Below, one piece after another: positions 42,107 to 52,280 of a stretch of DNA of 64,000 nt (position 1 is the stretch's first letter; every line of letters starts with the position of its first letter). The notes beneath the pieces are model-generated. The model made no database searches. It was not told the origin of the DNA and was given only the letters and a program-made list of their open reading frames with translations. The DNA is taken from the NCBI GenBank assembly GCA_963709585.1, contig CAVPXI010000013.1, positions 148,148 to 212,147 of the forward strand, written 5' to 3'. Origin of the DNA: Candidatus Dormiibacterota bacterium. GTDB lineage: Bacteria > Chloroflexota > Dormibacteria > Aeolococcales > Aeolococcaceae. The translations under genes were made by a program, and so were the position numbers.

Positions 42107-42742
42107 TCAGGCCCCAGCGATCAGCGACCGCGCTTCTGCCGGGCCGACTACGAGATCGTGAAGGTCCCCGCCCACCTCTAGTCGGCTCGACTGTTTGATC
42201 CCGCCGAGCTTCATCGGCTCGAAGCCGGCCGTCCGGATCAACCGCTCGACTACGTCGCTCCCACGGTCGTCGTCAGTCACGTAGAACAGAACGGCGGGTT
42301 CGGGTGTTCGGTTGCTCGAGGACTCGAAGAGATCGGCCGACATGGTGCCAAACGCCATGGCCAACCGTGCCCCGGTCGGCAACCACCCGGCGATCGTCTC
42401 GCCAGATGTTTGCCCTTGTGGTAGGAGCCGCACAACCTTCCCTTGCGCGTCGAGGCCGACCGGGTTGCTCGGAGCGATGAGGGACTTGTGGCCCAGCGCG
42501 TCGGCGATCTCGTCGATGACGTCCTTCAGAACGGAGAATCGCAGCGAGAGGATGACAGCGTCGGCTCCCTGCAGCGCGCTCTGGTTGTCGACCGCCACGA
42601 CAGCCGCCGCGCCGATCTCCTCAGCGAGCCTTCGTGCCAACTCGTTGTCGGCGCTCGAGAGCTGCAGAGCCTCCCCGCCGGAGGCGAGCTGACGCGCGAT
42701 GGCCGATCCGATGCCTCCGGTGCCGATGATCGCCGTGGTCAT
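42107..42742 (-). CDS. F420:NADP oxidoreductase-like dinucleotide-binding protein
   Basis: IIGTGGIG, SNP, AFGT motifs. Confidence 0.8.
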   Translation of the reverse strand: MTTAIIGTGGIGSAIARQLASGGEALQLSSADNELARRLAEEIGAAAVVAVDNQSALQGADAVILSLRFSVLKDVIDEIADALGHKSLIAPSNPVGLDAQGKVVRLLPQGQTSGETIAGWLPTGARLAMAFGTMSADLFESSSNRTPEPAVLFYVTDDDRGSDVVERLIRTAGFEPMKLGGIKQSSRLEVGGDLHDLVVGPAEARSLIAGA

Positions 42743-42770
42743 GATGGAGATCTCCGCCCGGTCAGGGAGA

Positions 42771-43682
42771 TCATTGCGACGTGCTCGGTGACCATTGATC
42801 GGGGAACCAATCTCCCCCCGGGTCCGTCGTTTGTCCCACCTCGATGAGATGACCATCGGGATCGCGGAAATAGCAACGGATTTCGTACTGGTGCTGCTTC
42901 GGTGGCGTCAAGAATTCCGCACCGCGCGCGCTCCATTGCGTGTACACAGCGTGGATGTCCGTCACTCGTACATTGAGGAAACTGCTGACCCGGTAGGGAT
43001 CGGCGGGCGTCTCAAGGGTGACCTCCGGCTTGTCGTCGGTCGGCCCCCCACCGACGTTGATGATGATCCAACTGTTTGACAGTTGGACATAGGTGAGACC
43101 TCCGGGTCCGGAGAAGGCATCCCTGCCGCCGAGCACATCCGTGTAGAAGCGGCGAGAGCGTTCGACATCGCCCGACACGATGAAGTGGGCTAGCACGATT
43201 CCCTCTGGGGGCGTTGGGAGCTCGTTGGCGGGCGTAATTGATGGCCAGTGATCGGGTACCCAGTCCCCCTGCGGGTCGGTGGTCTGTCCAACTTCGATCA
43301 GGTGACCATCGGGATCACGGATGTAGCAACGGATCTCGTACTGATGCTGCTTCGGAGGCGTCAGAAACTGAGCGCCCCGCGCGCTCCATTCGGAGTACAC
43401 CGTCTCGATGTCGTTGACCCGGATGTTGACGAAGCTGCTCACCCGATTTGGGTCGCCGGGCGTCTCCAGAGTGACCTCCGGTTTGTCGTCGGTCGGGCCT
43501 CCGCCGGCATTGATGACGATCCAGCTATTGGCGAGTGCGACATTGGTCGGTCCTCCGGGGCTGGAGAAGGCGACCCGGCCCCCAAGGACTTCGGTGTAGA
43601 AGTGCCGAGAGCGCTCGACATCGTCCGACACGACGAAGTGTGTGAGCAGGATTCCCTCTCGGCGGGGAGTGACCTCGGCCAT
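42771..43682 (-). CDS. VOC/glyoxalase protein with two closely similar domains
   Basis: Duplicated DVERSR.FYT.VLGGR...GGGPTDDKPEVTLETP...IRCY.RDPDGHLIEVGQ. Confidence 0.9.
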   Translation of the reverse strand: MAEVTPRREGILLTHFVVSDDVERSRHFYTEVLGGRVAFSSPGGPTNVALANSWIVINAGGGPTDDKPEVTLETPGDPNRVSSFVNIRVNDIETVYSEWSARGAQFLTPPKQHQYEIRCYIRDPDGHLIEVGQTTDPQGDWVPDHWPSITPANELPTPPEGIVLAHFIVSGDVERSRRFYTDVLGGRDAFSGPGGLTYVQLSNSWIIINVGGGPTDDKPEVTLETPADPYRVSSFLNVRVTDIHAVYTQWSARGAEFLTPPKQHQYEIRCYFRDPDGHLIEVGQTTDPGGDWFPDQWSPSTSQ

Positions 43683-43729
43683 CTGCTACCTCCGATGATC
43701 TACGAGGGTCATAGCCGTGCCAGCTGCGC

Positions 43730-45082
43730 CTAAATGCGCTGCAAAGACGGCGGCATTTTGGCGATCTCCATTCGAAGGGTTTTGAAACCCGAATCGAAGA
43801 TGGTCGAGAAACTCGGGAACGGCTGGATGACGTCGCTTAATACCTCCAACGGAACGCGCGCACGTATGGCGAGCGTCGCCTGCTGGAGCCACTCGCCGGC
43901 CTCGGCCCCGAGGGCGTAGGCGCCGGTCAACCGGGCGCCGTCGCTGAGCAAGGTCAAGAATCCGTTCGACTGGGCGTACTGGTGGTTGTACGTCGCGGTC
44001 TTGGACACGCTGGTCAGGAGCGTCGTGCTGCTGTAGGGTGCCTCCGCGGCACCGACAGCGGCCGCCTGCGGATCGGTATAGGTGACGCGCGGCACGGCTT
44101 CATAGTTCGTTGGGTGGCTCTCTCCCGCGATGTTCGCCGCCACCACGTCTCCCTCGTACTCGCCAACGTGCGTCAGCGGCCAGATCCCGTTGACATCCCC
44201 AATGGCCCAAATGTTGTCACCGGCACGCAGATACTCGTCCACCACGACGCCGTGTGGGTTTGCCTCGATACCGACCGTCTCGAGCCCGATCCCTTCGACA
44301 CGGGGACGGCGGCCGGTCGCCACGAGCAGTCGCTCTCCTTGTACCGAGGTCCCATCCGAGAGCGTCAGGACGTAGTCGCCGCCGTCGCGCGACGCCTTCG
44401 AGGCTTGGACTCCGAGGCGCAACTCGATCCCGTCCCGCCGCAGTGCCTCGGTCAGAGCCACGCCGAGGGGGACCGGCTCTCGTGGGATCAGCCGATCGGC
44501 GCCCTCGACGAGCACGGCCTGACCACCGAGCCGCCGTACCACCTGTGCGAGCTCAACACCCGCCGAGCCACCCCCGAGCACGATGAGGCGGCTGGGAACC
44601 GTCTTCATTGCCGTCGCTTCGCGCGTGCCCCACACGCCGACCAGGCCGTCGAGCCCCGGAACGGGTGGAACGAAAGGATCCGCGCCCGTCGCCAAGACGA
44701 CATGCTTCGCCGTGTGGCGAGTGCCGTCCACGTCGACCACGCCGGGCCCGGCGAGCCGGCCCGTGCCCCGGACTAGCGAGACGCCCCGATCCGCCAGCCA
44801 TTTCTCCTGTCCCGCATCCGAATAGCCGGACACCATGTAGTCTCGCCAGTCCAGCGCCGCCTGCACATTCACGTCGGCGCTGGCGCCCACGTCGCGGGCG
44901 CCTTGGACCGCCTCCCCCGGACGCAAGAGGGACTTGGACGGGATGCACGCCCAGTAGGAGCACTCGCCGCCGACCAACTCCCGCTCGACGACGGCGACAC
45001 GAAGCCCACGCGCCGCGATGGCCCCGGCGCAGTGCTCACCGGGCGCGCCGCCGCCCAGCACGATCACGTCGAAATCGCTCAT
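43730..45082 (-). CDS. Pyridine nucleotide-disulfide oxidoreductase (Lpd/MerA-like class I)
   Basis: GGGAPG FAD motif, GGECSYWACIPSK redox disulfide, GGGSAG, WAIGD. Confidence 0.9.
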   Translation of the reverse strand: MSDFDVIVLGGGAPGEHCAGAIAARGLRVAVVERELVGGECSYWACIPSKSLLRPGEAVQGARDVGASADVNVQAALDWRDYMVSGYSDAGQEKWLADRGVSLVRGTGRLAGPGVVDVDGTRHTAKHVVLATGADPFVPPVPGLDGLVGVWGTREATAMKTVPSRLIVLGGGSAGVELAQVVRRLGGQAVLVEGADRLIPREPVPLGVALTEALRRDGIELRLGVQASKASRDGGDYVLTLSDGTSVQGERLLVATGRRPRVEGIGLETVGIEANPHGVVVDEYLRAGDNIWAIGDVNGIWPLTHVGEYEGDVVAANIAGESHPTNYEAVPRVTYTDPQAAAVGAAEAPYSSTTLLTSVSKTATYNHQYAQSNGFLTLLSDGARLTGAYALGAEAGEWLQQATLAIRARVPLEVLSDVIQPFPSFSTIFDSGFKTLRMEIAKMPPSLQRI

Positions 45083-45756
45083 ACGGGAAGATCCTGGCCA
45101 CTCTGTTCGCGCACCATGTACCCTGCGTACCAGTCGGGCCAGTCCGAGTCAGCCCGGCCGACGCGCCTCTCGTGCTCAGCGTGGGCCGATTCGGCGCGGC
45201 GCAATGCCGCAGCCAGGGCACCGGCGGAGCCGAACGAAGCGGTCGTCGGATCGAGGCGGCCCGGGAGGCGATCGGTCACCTCTTGGAGCAGCCAACTGTT
45301 GCCGTCGGGGTCTTCGAACGTGGCAAAAGACTTGTAGCTCTTGTGATCCGGATCCGGCCCGTTAACTCGATCACCCGTCCCGTCAGGGTCGAGTTGCGCT
45401 CCGGGTGCTCCTGAATGGAACACCCCACTGACCGTGGCTCCCCGGCTGACAAGGTCGTCGCGCCCGGCTTCGATGTCAGACACGATCAGGTACAGGCCAT
45501 GGGCGGATCCGGGTGACGCCCTCGTGATGTGGGAGCCGAACTGCACAGAACACTGCGATCCAGGTGGCGTGAATTGCACGACTCGGAAGCCGTTGTCGAA
45601 GGACAAGTCGGCGTCGAGCCTCCAGCCGAGGCCAGCGTAGAACCCCATGGAGCGATCGGCGTCGGCCACGGGGATAACGACCGCCTCCAGCTTGAGATCG
45701 GTCGGTTCGTTGCTCGGCGTCCCGCCGGGTGTGCTCTGTCCAACGAGGGTGCTCAT
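45079..45756 (-). CDS. VOC family protein
   Basis: VVIPVADADRS..FY, VQFTPPGS, FEDPDGNSWLLQEV, DWPDWYA. Confidence 0.88.
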   Translation of the reverse strand: MSTLVGQSTPGGTPSNEPTDLKLEAVVIPVADADRSMGFYAGLGWRLDADLSFDNGFRVVQFTPPGSQCSVQFGSHITRASPGSAHGLYLIVSDIEAGRDDLVSRGATVSGVFHSGAPGAQLDPDGTGDRVNGPDPDHKSYKSFATFEDPDGNSWLLQEVTDRLPGRLDPTTASFGSAGALAAALRRAESAHAEHERRVGRADSDWPDWYAGYMVREQSGQDLPV

Positions 45757-45968
45757 CCCTACCTCCTCTGTCTGGTCCGAAAGGATTGTCGCACCCAGGC
45801 GAACGCCCTGCATCTGAAACATCCGTCGCACTCGGGGTTCAGCTTCGTTCCCGCGCGCTGGGGTCGAATGGCGATGCACTGCACGTCGCAACCTTTCCGC
45901 CCGGCCCACCAGCAGTTGTTCCTATGGTCGAGAACCCGAGCGGAGGGGGGCGCAACGACAACCCATGG

Positions 45969-46583
45969 TCAGCGTTTGATGCCGATGCTCTTGCCTTCCG
46001 TGTACCGGATCGGCTCCTCCAATGTGTCGACGAGGAACTGATTCCGGTCTCCGCGTTCCCATGCCTCCCTCAACCCCGGAGCCGCCAGGTCGAAGTCGGG
46101 ACGAATTTTCTTGAACACGCCCCTCAGATCTACGTGGAGCTCTGCCATCGTCGGCCGGCCCCAGTACCAGTATCCGTTGTAAATCTTGAAGATCTTGAGT
46201 CCGGGCTCGAGGACGAATGTGTGGGGGATCATCGGATCGTGCGGCTCATCCGTAAACTCCTTGATGTCCAGATCCTTCTGTACGATCCGATCGGGGTCCG
46301 ACAAGAACGGCCACGTGGCGCCCAGCGCGTCCCGGAACTCATTGATGTTCAGCTGATTGTCGGTCGAGATGAGGGCCAATCGCGTGTAAGCATTCCTGAA
46401 CTCGGGATATACGTCGACCAATTGCCTTACGAACTGATGCTCTTTGGGATCAAAGCCGCCACGGGACAGATGGAGCACCATCGGGTTGCCCCCCTGGAGC
46501 TCCGACAGGGACCGTCGCCGGCCGGATTGATCGGAGAGCTCGTAGTCGGGAAACGTCTCACCTTCACGGATGTCGCTGCGCAT
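45969..46583 (-). CDS. AhpC/TSA-like redoxin (Cys-less variant)
   Basis: FPDYELSD...LSRGGFDPKE...FLSDPDR...GYWYWGRP; paralogue of 48652-49254. Confidence 0.85.
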   Translation of the reverse strand: MRSDIREGETFPDYELSDQSGRRRSLSELQGGNPMVLHLSRGGFDPKEHQFVRQLVDVYPEFRNAYTRLALISTDNQLNINEFRDALGATWPFLSDPDRIVQKDLDIKEFTDEPHDPMIPHTFVLEPGLKIFKIYNGYWYWGRPTMAELHVDLRGVFKKIRPDFDLAAPGLREAWERGDRNQFLVDTLEEPIRYTEGKSIGIKR

Positions 46584-46752
46584 GTGCCCTCCAAACTCCA
46601 AAGGATCTGGTGCAAAGATCTCACGCGAGTCCAGCCGATGTTGAGTCGGTTGCGCCTGTCGCTCGCTCTTACTGGACTGCGATGAGTCCGCTCTTTTAGT
46701 CGTCTTTGTTTGATGCCCAAGGTCGCTGCAATCCCCAGTCGACGCGCAACTG

Positions 46753-47577
46753 TCAAACGGGCGGTTCGATGTCGTCGTAGATTCGGGCGGCCGCCAGCAA
46801 ACCGTCCGGACCTCGCTCATAGACGCTAATTCCAGCTTGCGGTGTCAGGTCATGACTGCCCCATCGAACACAGTTGAATTCCAGGGCGCAACGTACGCCG
46901 TCGTCGGTCACGGTGCACTGCTCGAGTTTGAGCCCACCACCTGCCTTGAAGCACTCGGCGAAATACGAACGCAGCTCACCCGTGCCACGGTGCAGATAGT
47001 GCGGACCGATCAACTCGCGGAAGTACCCATCTGGGGCGAACGCGCTCACGATGGAGTCGAGATCTCCGGCGCTTAGCGCGGCTAGATATCGGCCGACAAC
47101 GCCACTCAGTTGGGTGTTTGCCGGCTCGAGCAGGGGGCGCCTTATGTGACGCTGTCCGTCGACTGGCCATTGGCTGCAATAGGTGCGGAACACGACCGCC
47201 AGTTCATCAGCGGACTCTGCAACGACGGCTATCGGCCAATCCACCGCCTGACCTGCGTAGTCGTCCAGGTGCGCTAGCAGCTCTACTACGGCCCGCTCGC
47301 CAACACAGATGGAGGCTACCGTTTCGATGCGGACGTGGCGCTCAGCCCACAACGATTGATTGTTGCGGACAAACCGTCGAAGCTGTCGATGACCGCGCAC
47401 TTCCCCCTCCCGGGGGTCGTAAATCGCCACTTGGCCGGGCCATATTTCTTCTAGTTCGTGAGCGCGCCCGGTCTCGAGGGCGTTGAAGTACTGCTGGACG
47501 GGATCAGCAAGGCCCTCGGACCGTCTCTGGCGACGGGCGAGTTCAACCGCACTAACGAAATCTGGAAACCATGGCAT
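46753..47577 (-). CDS. Tandem SnoaL/NTF2-like domain protein
   Basis: YFNALETG and VGRYLAALSAGDLDSIVSAFAPDG...LAAARIYDD. Confidence 0.75.
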   Translation of the reverse strand: MPWFPDFVSAVELARRQRRSEGLADPVQQYFNALETGRAHELEEIWPGQVAIYDPREGEVRGHRQLRRFVRNNQSLWAERHVRIETVASICVGERAVVELLAHLDDYAGQAVDWPIAVVAESADELAVVFRTYCSQWPVDGQRHIRRPLLEPANTQLSGVVGRYLAALSAGDLDSIVSAFAPDGYFRELIGPHYLHRGTGELRSYFAECFKAGGGLKLEQCTVTDDGVRCALEFNCVRWGSHDLTPQAGISVYERGPDGLLAAARIYDDIEPPV

Positions 47578-47639
47578 TTTGCCGTCCAGGGTACCTTCTC
47601 TTCTGGCAAGCGATGGGACGGTCAAACCGCCGGCGTGGC

Positions 47640-48590
47640 TTACAAACGCGAGACGAGGTCAGCCACGATCTCCGCCGCTGGTCGTAGCTGCCTGGCGAGC
47701 GCGACGCTCTGTCCGGCCCACATGGACAGCGCTTCAACGTCACCGGTGGTGCCAACCATCGGGGGCGCTGGCTCGTAGCGGACGATTGCTTCGCCCGAAG
47801 CGAAGTGCGCGATGACATCACCCGCTCCGGGCCAACTCTCCAGAGGCGGGCGGCCCGCGGCCTCCCAGATCTCGGCCGTCGAGTTTCGGAGCGCGCGATG
47901 GGGCGAGTCCGGCCAATCGACGTCATAGAGGTCGGGGTACCACTCCGCGTCAGTCTCGACGGCTTTGATGAGGCGAGTGCGGTAGTCCTGGTGAATGGGC
48001 ATCTCGTGGGCAAGCAGAAACTGGGTACCCACCCATGCCGCCTGAGCGCCTAAGGCGAGGACAGCGGCCACACCGCGAGCGTCCCCGATCCCACCGGCCG
48101 CGATCACCGGCACCGGCGCCACCGCGTCTACGACGGCGGGCACCAACGGGAGCGTCGCAATCTGACTCCCCACGTGCCCCCCAGCCTCCCAACCCTGCGC
48201 CACGATGACATCAGCTCCGCGGGCGACCGCTCGCCGCGCCTCTCGGGCGCTTCCGACCGTACACAGAACAAGTCCGCCGGCATCGTGGACCCGCTCGATG
48301 TAGCCAGCGGGATCTCCCAGAAACAGTGACACGATCCGCAAACCGGCCTCCAGGGCTTGATCGAGGCGACGGTGCTGATCGGAGGTGAGAACAAGGTTGC
48401 CGCAGAAGGGACGATCGGTGAGCGCCGCCGTCTCGCGAACCACGTCTCCTGCCGGGTCGGACCACGTGAGCGTCACCATGCCGAGCCCGCCGGCATTCGA
48501 GACCGCTGCCGCCAGTTCGGGCACCGCCACCATCGCCGCCAAGACAATCGGTTGTTCAATCCCGAGCAGTTCGCAGACCGGCGTCCGCAT
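47640..48590 (-). CDS. Nitronate monooxygenase family flavoprotein
   Basis: LAAAVSNAGGLG, QGWEAGGH, IAAGGIGD, WAGQ. Confidence 0.92.
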   Translation of the reverse strand: MRTPVCELLGIEQPIVLAAMVAVPELAAAVSNAGGLGMVTLTWSDPAGDVVRETAALTDRPFCGNLVLTSDQHRRLDQALEAGLRIVSLFLGDPAGYIERVHDAGGLVLCTVGSAREARRAVARGADVIVAQGWEAGGHVGSQIATLPLVPAVVDAVAPVPVIAAGGIGDARGVAAVLALGAQAAWVGTQFLLAHEMPIHQDYRTRLIKAVETDAEWYPDLYDVDWPDSPHRALRNSTAEIWEAAGRPPLESWPGAGDVIAHFASGEAIVRYEPAPPMVGTTGDVEALSMWAGQSVALARQLRPAAEIVADLVSRL

Positions 48591-48651
48591 TACTGCCCCC
48601 TACCCTTTCGATCCAGGCCGTCCTCCATGCGAACGGACAGATCCATGTCTT

Positions 48652-49254
48652 CTAGGACACGTACGATGTGGGCATCGACTTAGCGGCGCGTTTGTTCCAA
48701 CCGTGGAAGCTCGAGTAGTCGCCTTCGTCCCAGGCCCCGCGCAATCCCGGTTTGCTCAGGTCCCAGTCGGGGCGGAACTCACTCGACGCAGCGCACAAGT
48801 CGGACCACAAGTCGTAAAACGACGGGCGTCCCCAGAACCAGTAGCCGTTGTAGATGGAGTGGATAAGGAGTCCAGGCTTGAGGACGAGCGTGTGGGGAAT
48901 CATCGGATCGTGCTCGGGGTCGGTGTATTCCTGGATGTCGAGGTCCTTTTGGATCGTCCGATCTGGGTCCGAGAGAAAGGTCCATTGGGCACCCACTGAA
49001 GCACGGAACTCCTGCAGGGTGTGGTGGTCATCGGTGGCGATGGTGACGACCTGGGTATAGGCAACGGCGATTTTCGAATAGTTCGCTGCGAGCTCCAGGT
49101 GCTGCTGGTGTTCCTTCGGACAGTAATTGCCTCGCGCCAGCGTGAGGATCATCGGATCGTCACCTTGGAGTTCACTGAGTGTGCGAACGATGTTGGTGTG
49201 ATCGGGCAACGAGTAGTCGGGGAACACGCCGCCTGGTCTGATGTCGGATCGCAT
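48652..49254 (-). CDS. AhpC/TSA-like redoxin
   Basis: FPDYSLPD...LARGNYCPKE...GYWFWGRP. Confidence 0.85.
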   Translation of the reverse strand: MRSDIRPGGVFPDYSLPDHTNIVRTLSELQGDDPMILTLARGNYCPKEHQQHLELAANYSKIAVAYTQVVTIATDDHHTLQEFRASVGAQWTFLSDPDRTIQKDLDIQEYTDPEHDPMIPHTLVLKPGLLIHSIYNGYWFWGRPSFYDLWSDLCAASSEFRPDWDLSKPGLRGAWDEGDYSSFHGWNKRAAKSMPTSYVS

Positions 49255-49562
49255 GGATGACCCTCTTTCACTCGACCGATGCCTGCCGGGAATCTCAGTG
49301 TCGGTTGGGTTGGTCGCCGGGTGGCGCATCTCGCCGGTTCGGAGACCACCCGCCACCGGCGTGGCAACTCCAAAGATTGCGCCACCGGACATGAGATGTC
49401 CATAGGCGATCAGAAGACCGCCGTCGCGAGGTGCGATTCGGGGGTCCGCAACGAGAACGGCTGCTCCAGAAGGGCTGCGGCGTTAGCGATAGATCCCGTC
49501 GCGTCGCCCGCTGTCTCAATCGCGTACTTGTGCAGGCCACGGGTGGCTGTCCACGGGCTTGG

Positions 49563-50324
49563 TCAGCCCCCGGCTGCGCGGCCCCCGTCGATACGGAGCG
49601 TCGCACCAGTGACGAACTTGGCGCGTTCGAGGTAGAGAACCCCGTCGACCACGTCGCTGACCTCGCCCACTCGTCCCAGGGGATGTCGTTTAGCCAGCTC
49701 ATGGTACGAAGCCGGGTCATGAAGTGGGGTCTCGATGATGCCGAGCGCCACCGCATTGACTCGGACGCCCCGTCCGGCGTACTCGGTGGCCAGAGAGCGT
49801 GTCACCGCCTCCAGCCCGCCCTTGGTCAGGGAGGAAAGGGCCGATGGTTCCCTTGCGTCCGCGTGCTCCACGAGGCTGGTACTGACGTTGACGACGTGGC
49901 CTCCACCCTGGGAGACCATCTGCGCGATGGCCCGCTGGGTCATGTGGAAGAAGCCGGTGAGGTTGACCGACGTGATCGCCATGTAGTCGTCGAGCGTGTA
50001 ATCGGTGAACGCCTTCCCGATGTAGATACCTGCGTTGTTGATCAGCGTATCGATCCGACCGAACCGATCGAGCCCCTGCCGGACCACAAGTTCGGCGGTC
50101 TCGGCATGCGCGATGTCTCCGGGTATCATTAGCACATCCGGTGTCGCGGACGGCTCGACGGAAAGCGCCGTACCCACTACGGCATAACCCGCCGCGGTGA
50201 AAGCGGCAGCGATGCCTGCACCGATCCCTTTCGACGCCCCGGTGACGATCGCCACCTTCTTCTCCGCTCGTGACGCACCATGCTCCGGCTCTGACGCTGG
50301 CGTTGCGCTTACTGAAGATGTCAT
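49563..50324 (-). CDS. Short-chain dehydrogenase/reductase
   Basis: TGASKGIG, LINNAG, RVNAVALG, FVTGATLRIDGG. Confidence 0.92.
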   Translation of the reverse strand: MTSSVSATPASEPEHGASRAEKKVAIVTGASKGIGAGIAAAFTAAGYAVVGTALSVEPSATPDVLMIPGDIAHAETAELVVRQGLDRFGRIDTLINNAGIYIGKAFTDYTLDDYMAITSVNLTGFFHMTQRAIAQMVSQGGGHVVNVSTSLVEHADAREPSALSSLTKGGLEAVTRSLATEYAGRGVRVNAVALGIIETPLHDPASYHELAKRHPLGRVGEVSDVVDGVLYLERAKFVTGATLRIDGGRAAGG

Positions 50325-50527
50325 CGACGCTCTCCTTCACTCCTTGGGACCTGGCCGGGTCGCCGCCCTCGGACGTGTAGGAGCTTGACACTCGGGTGCG
50401 CGAGTGCGCGAAGTGGCCATTCGCGGAAGGTTTTCGCGGTCAGCCGAGCCGTACGAACCACCCGACCTCACCTGGCGGTCTACCTCAGCGGTTATCGTCC
50501 GCCGAGAGTCGCGCGACTTCTAGTGGT

Positions 50528-50817
50528 CTTGCAGGAAAGAACATCAATCAGGGAATGAGTACTAGTTCCTGCAAAGTGACTGATCCCCGCAAGTTGGAAT
50601 CGGCTGCAACTGAGTGGACATGGCTGCACTGCAGTGGAAGGGGCTGCGAATCGGGGAGACAGGACTCGAACCTGCGACCCCTGGTCCCCCAGACTAGTCC
50701 TTATTTCCCGATGAGTACTGAGTTCGATTTAGAGTGCTTTCGTCGGGAAATGTTGGAATGACGACTAGATCGTGGCTATTGGAATCCATTTGATTCGCGT
50801 AGAAATCAACAGGCACG
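50528..50817. repeat. Family A junction 4: diverged left arm, tRNA-Pro 3' core (50651-50697), right arm
   Basis: Core matches the tRNA 3' half up to the anticodon stem; right arm nearly matches 860-975; left side keeps only TTGCAGGAAA...GAGTACT and a TGGAATC box. Confidence 0.9.
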
Positions 50818-51259
50818 CTTAAGGCCGAAGCCGACGGCGCTCCTTTCCCGCTCCACACTCTTGAGCATCGTGCTCGGCAAGTCAACCGCCGGCGTCAGCC
50901 CTTAGGTCGCCGTGAGGCTGGTGACAGGAAGCTCCTGTGGGGATTGCTGCTCTCACCGGTCGTCGTGACGGCAGACGTGAACCGGAGGATCGGTCAAGCT
51001 ACCCTCGGCCATGATCCCGTCCGTGGCTAGCCGTCGGTAAACGAAGCGCCACAGAACTCACGGAGACGCGGGGAGGGCCGTTCGCGTCAGGCGCTGACGG
51101 CTCCGAACTTGCACTCGGTTGAGGAAGCGACACGCGGTAACCGCAATTGCCGAGGCGCGTTGTCCAGTGTACAGAGACTCGCCGGGTGGCTACCATCGCC
51201 GCCAATGGGCTGCTCGAGTTCTCTCGCCAACCGCGCCCTCCTCCGCCGGTCTACGTGGT

Positions 51260-52261
51260 TCAGGTCGGAGGTGTCGTCGGGCTCTCAAGGCTCCAGACAC
51301 CTTCCCAGATTGCTTGCCGGTTGGGGCACCCTTCATTGATCACAGACAAGGTCAGCTTGTTGCCCGCGACCGACCACCGATAGGAACCGAACGGCCCCGA
51401 CGCGTTGCAGTCCGTCCCACCAAGATCGCGGTGACCGTACATGCTGATCCCCCCGATTCCGTTACTGAACGGCGCTTCCTGAATGGGTGCGTAGACGTTG
51501 AGCGTGTCGCCCTGAGCCTCATACTGGCTCCCGACGCCGGATCCGAGGGGGTCGAGTTCCCAAGCGCCGATCTGATCGAAGACGAGGTGCCACTGGCCGG
51601 TCGGCGGCGGCCCTTCGGTGACACCCGCATGTTCGATGTCTTGCTGGGTCACGGTTCGCGCCCAGGTTCCTTTGAGCGCGGCGGGTGGCGGGGGCGCTGC
51701 GGCAACGCTAGCAGTCACATCATCGGAGACCGTCTTACCGGCAACACCCGTGGCACGAGCGGTGAAAGTGTGCACGCCGGGCGAAAGCCAAGTGGTGATC
51801 AGGAAGCCGAGATTGGTGCCATTGTCGTCGCCCCCAAAGACATATGGAGCAGACTGTTCGGTCCAGATCAGCTTCCCATCGATCAGGAAGTCCACCCCGG
51901 TCACTGGGGCGCCAGCCGGCTGGGGTGTCGCGATCCACCGGGTCCGGAGAGGAATGGTCGTCTCGCCGTCCAGGGTGGACGTCACCCTCTGCAACGTGTC
52001 CGGCTGAGCGTGGCTCGACGATAACTCGCTTGAGGCTGTGCCACCGCACTCAGACGTCACTAGCGCGAGCAGCACCGCGACCGCGGTAGCCCCAGCCGCT
52101 TTCAACGCAAGTTCCCCTCTTGAACCGTCACTTCCGGATTTGCGCCGACAACTACGGTCCTCCTGTGGTCGCACCGAGGCCCAGCTCCGCATGAACATGT
52201 CGCGGCAAATTCCGGCGAGCGCTGCCCATCGCCGCGGTGCGCGCGAGTCGGACTGGCTCAC
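51260..52261 (-). CDS. Secreted protein with Ig-like domain
   Basis: Hydrophobic leader near ATAVAVLLALV; VDFLIDGKL...APYVF...GVHTFTARAT. True start probably downstream of 52261. Confidence 0.7.
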   Translation of the reverse strand: MSQSDSRAPRRWAALAGICRDMFMRSWASVRPQEDRSCRRKSGSDGSRGELALKAAGATAVAVLLALVTSECGGTASSELSSSHAQPDTLQRVTSTLDGETTIPLRTRWIATPQPAGAPVTGVDFLIDGKLIWTEQSAPYVFGGDDNGTNLGFLITTWLSPGVHTFTARATGVAGKTVSDDVTASVAAAPPPPAALKGTWARTVTQQDIEHAGVTEGPPPTGQWHLVFDQIGAWELDPLGSGVGSQYEAQGDTLNVYAPIQEAPFSNGIGGISMYGHRDLGGTDCNASGPFGSYRWSVAGNKLTLSVINEGCPNRQAIWEGVWSLESPTTPPT

Positions 52262-52280
52262 GCGGTTGGCCGGCCGCCCG

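Larger units (their letters stand above)
14090..50650. mobile_element. Unit II (about 36.5 kb composite island containing the family B repeats)
   Basis: Between junction 3 right arm and junction 4 core; no integrase recognised. Confidence 0.65.

Noticed and set aside
46440-46465. Selenocysteine at the redoxin active site
   Set aside because: The codon is an in-frame GAT (Asp); the TGA inside TTTGAT is out of frame.
808-50697. Additional functional tRNA-Pro genes
   Set aside because: All four copies lack the 5' acceptor strand and D-arm; they are att-type fragments.
613-50817. Repeat families A and B as CRISPR arrays
   Set aside because: Repeats are 110-360 bp and kilobases apart with genes between them; no cas genes seen.
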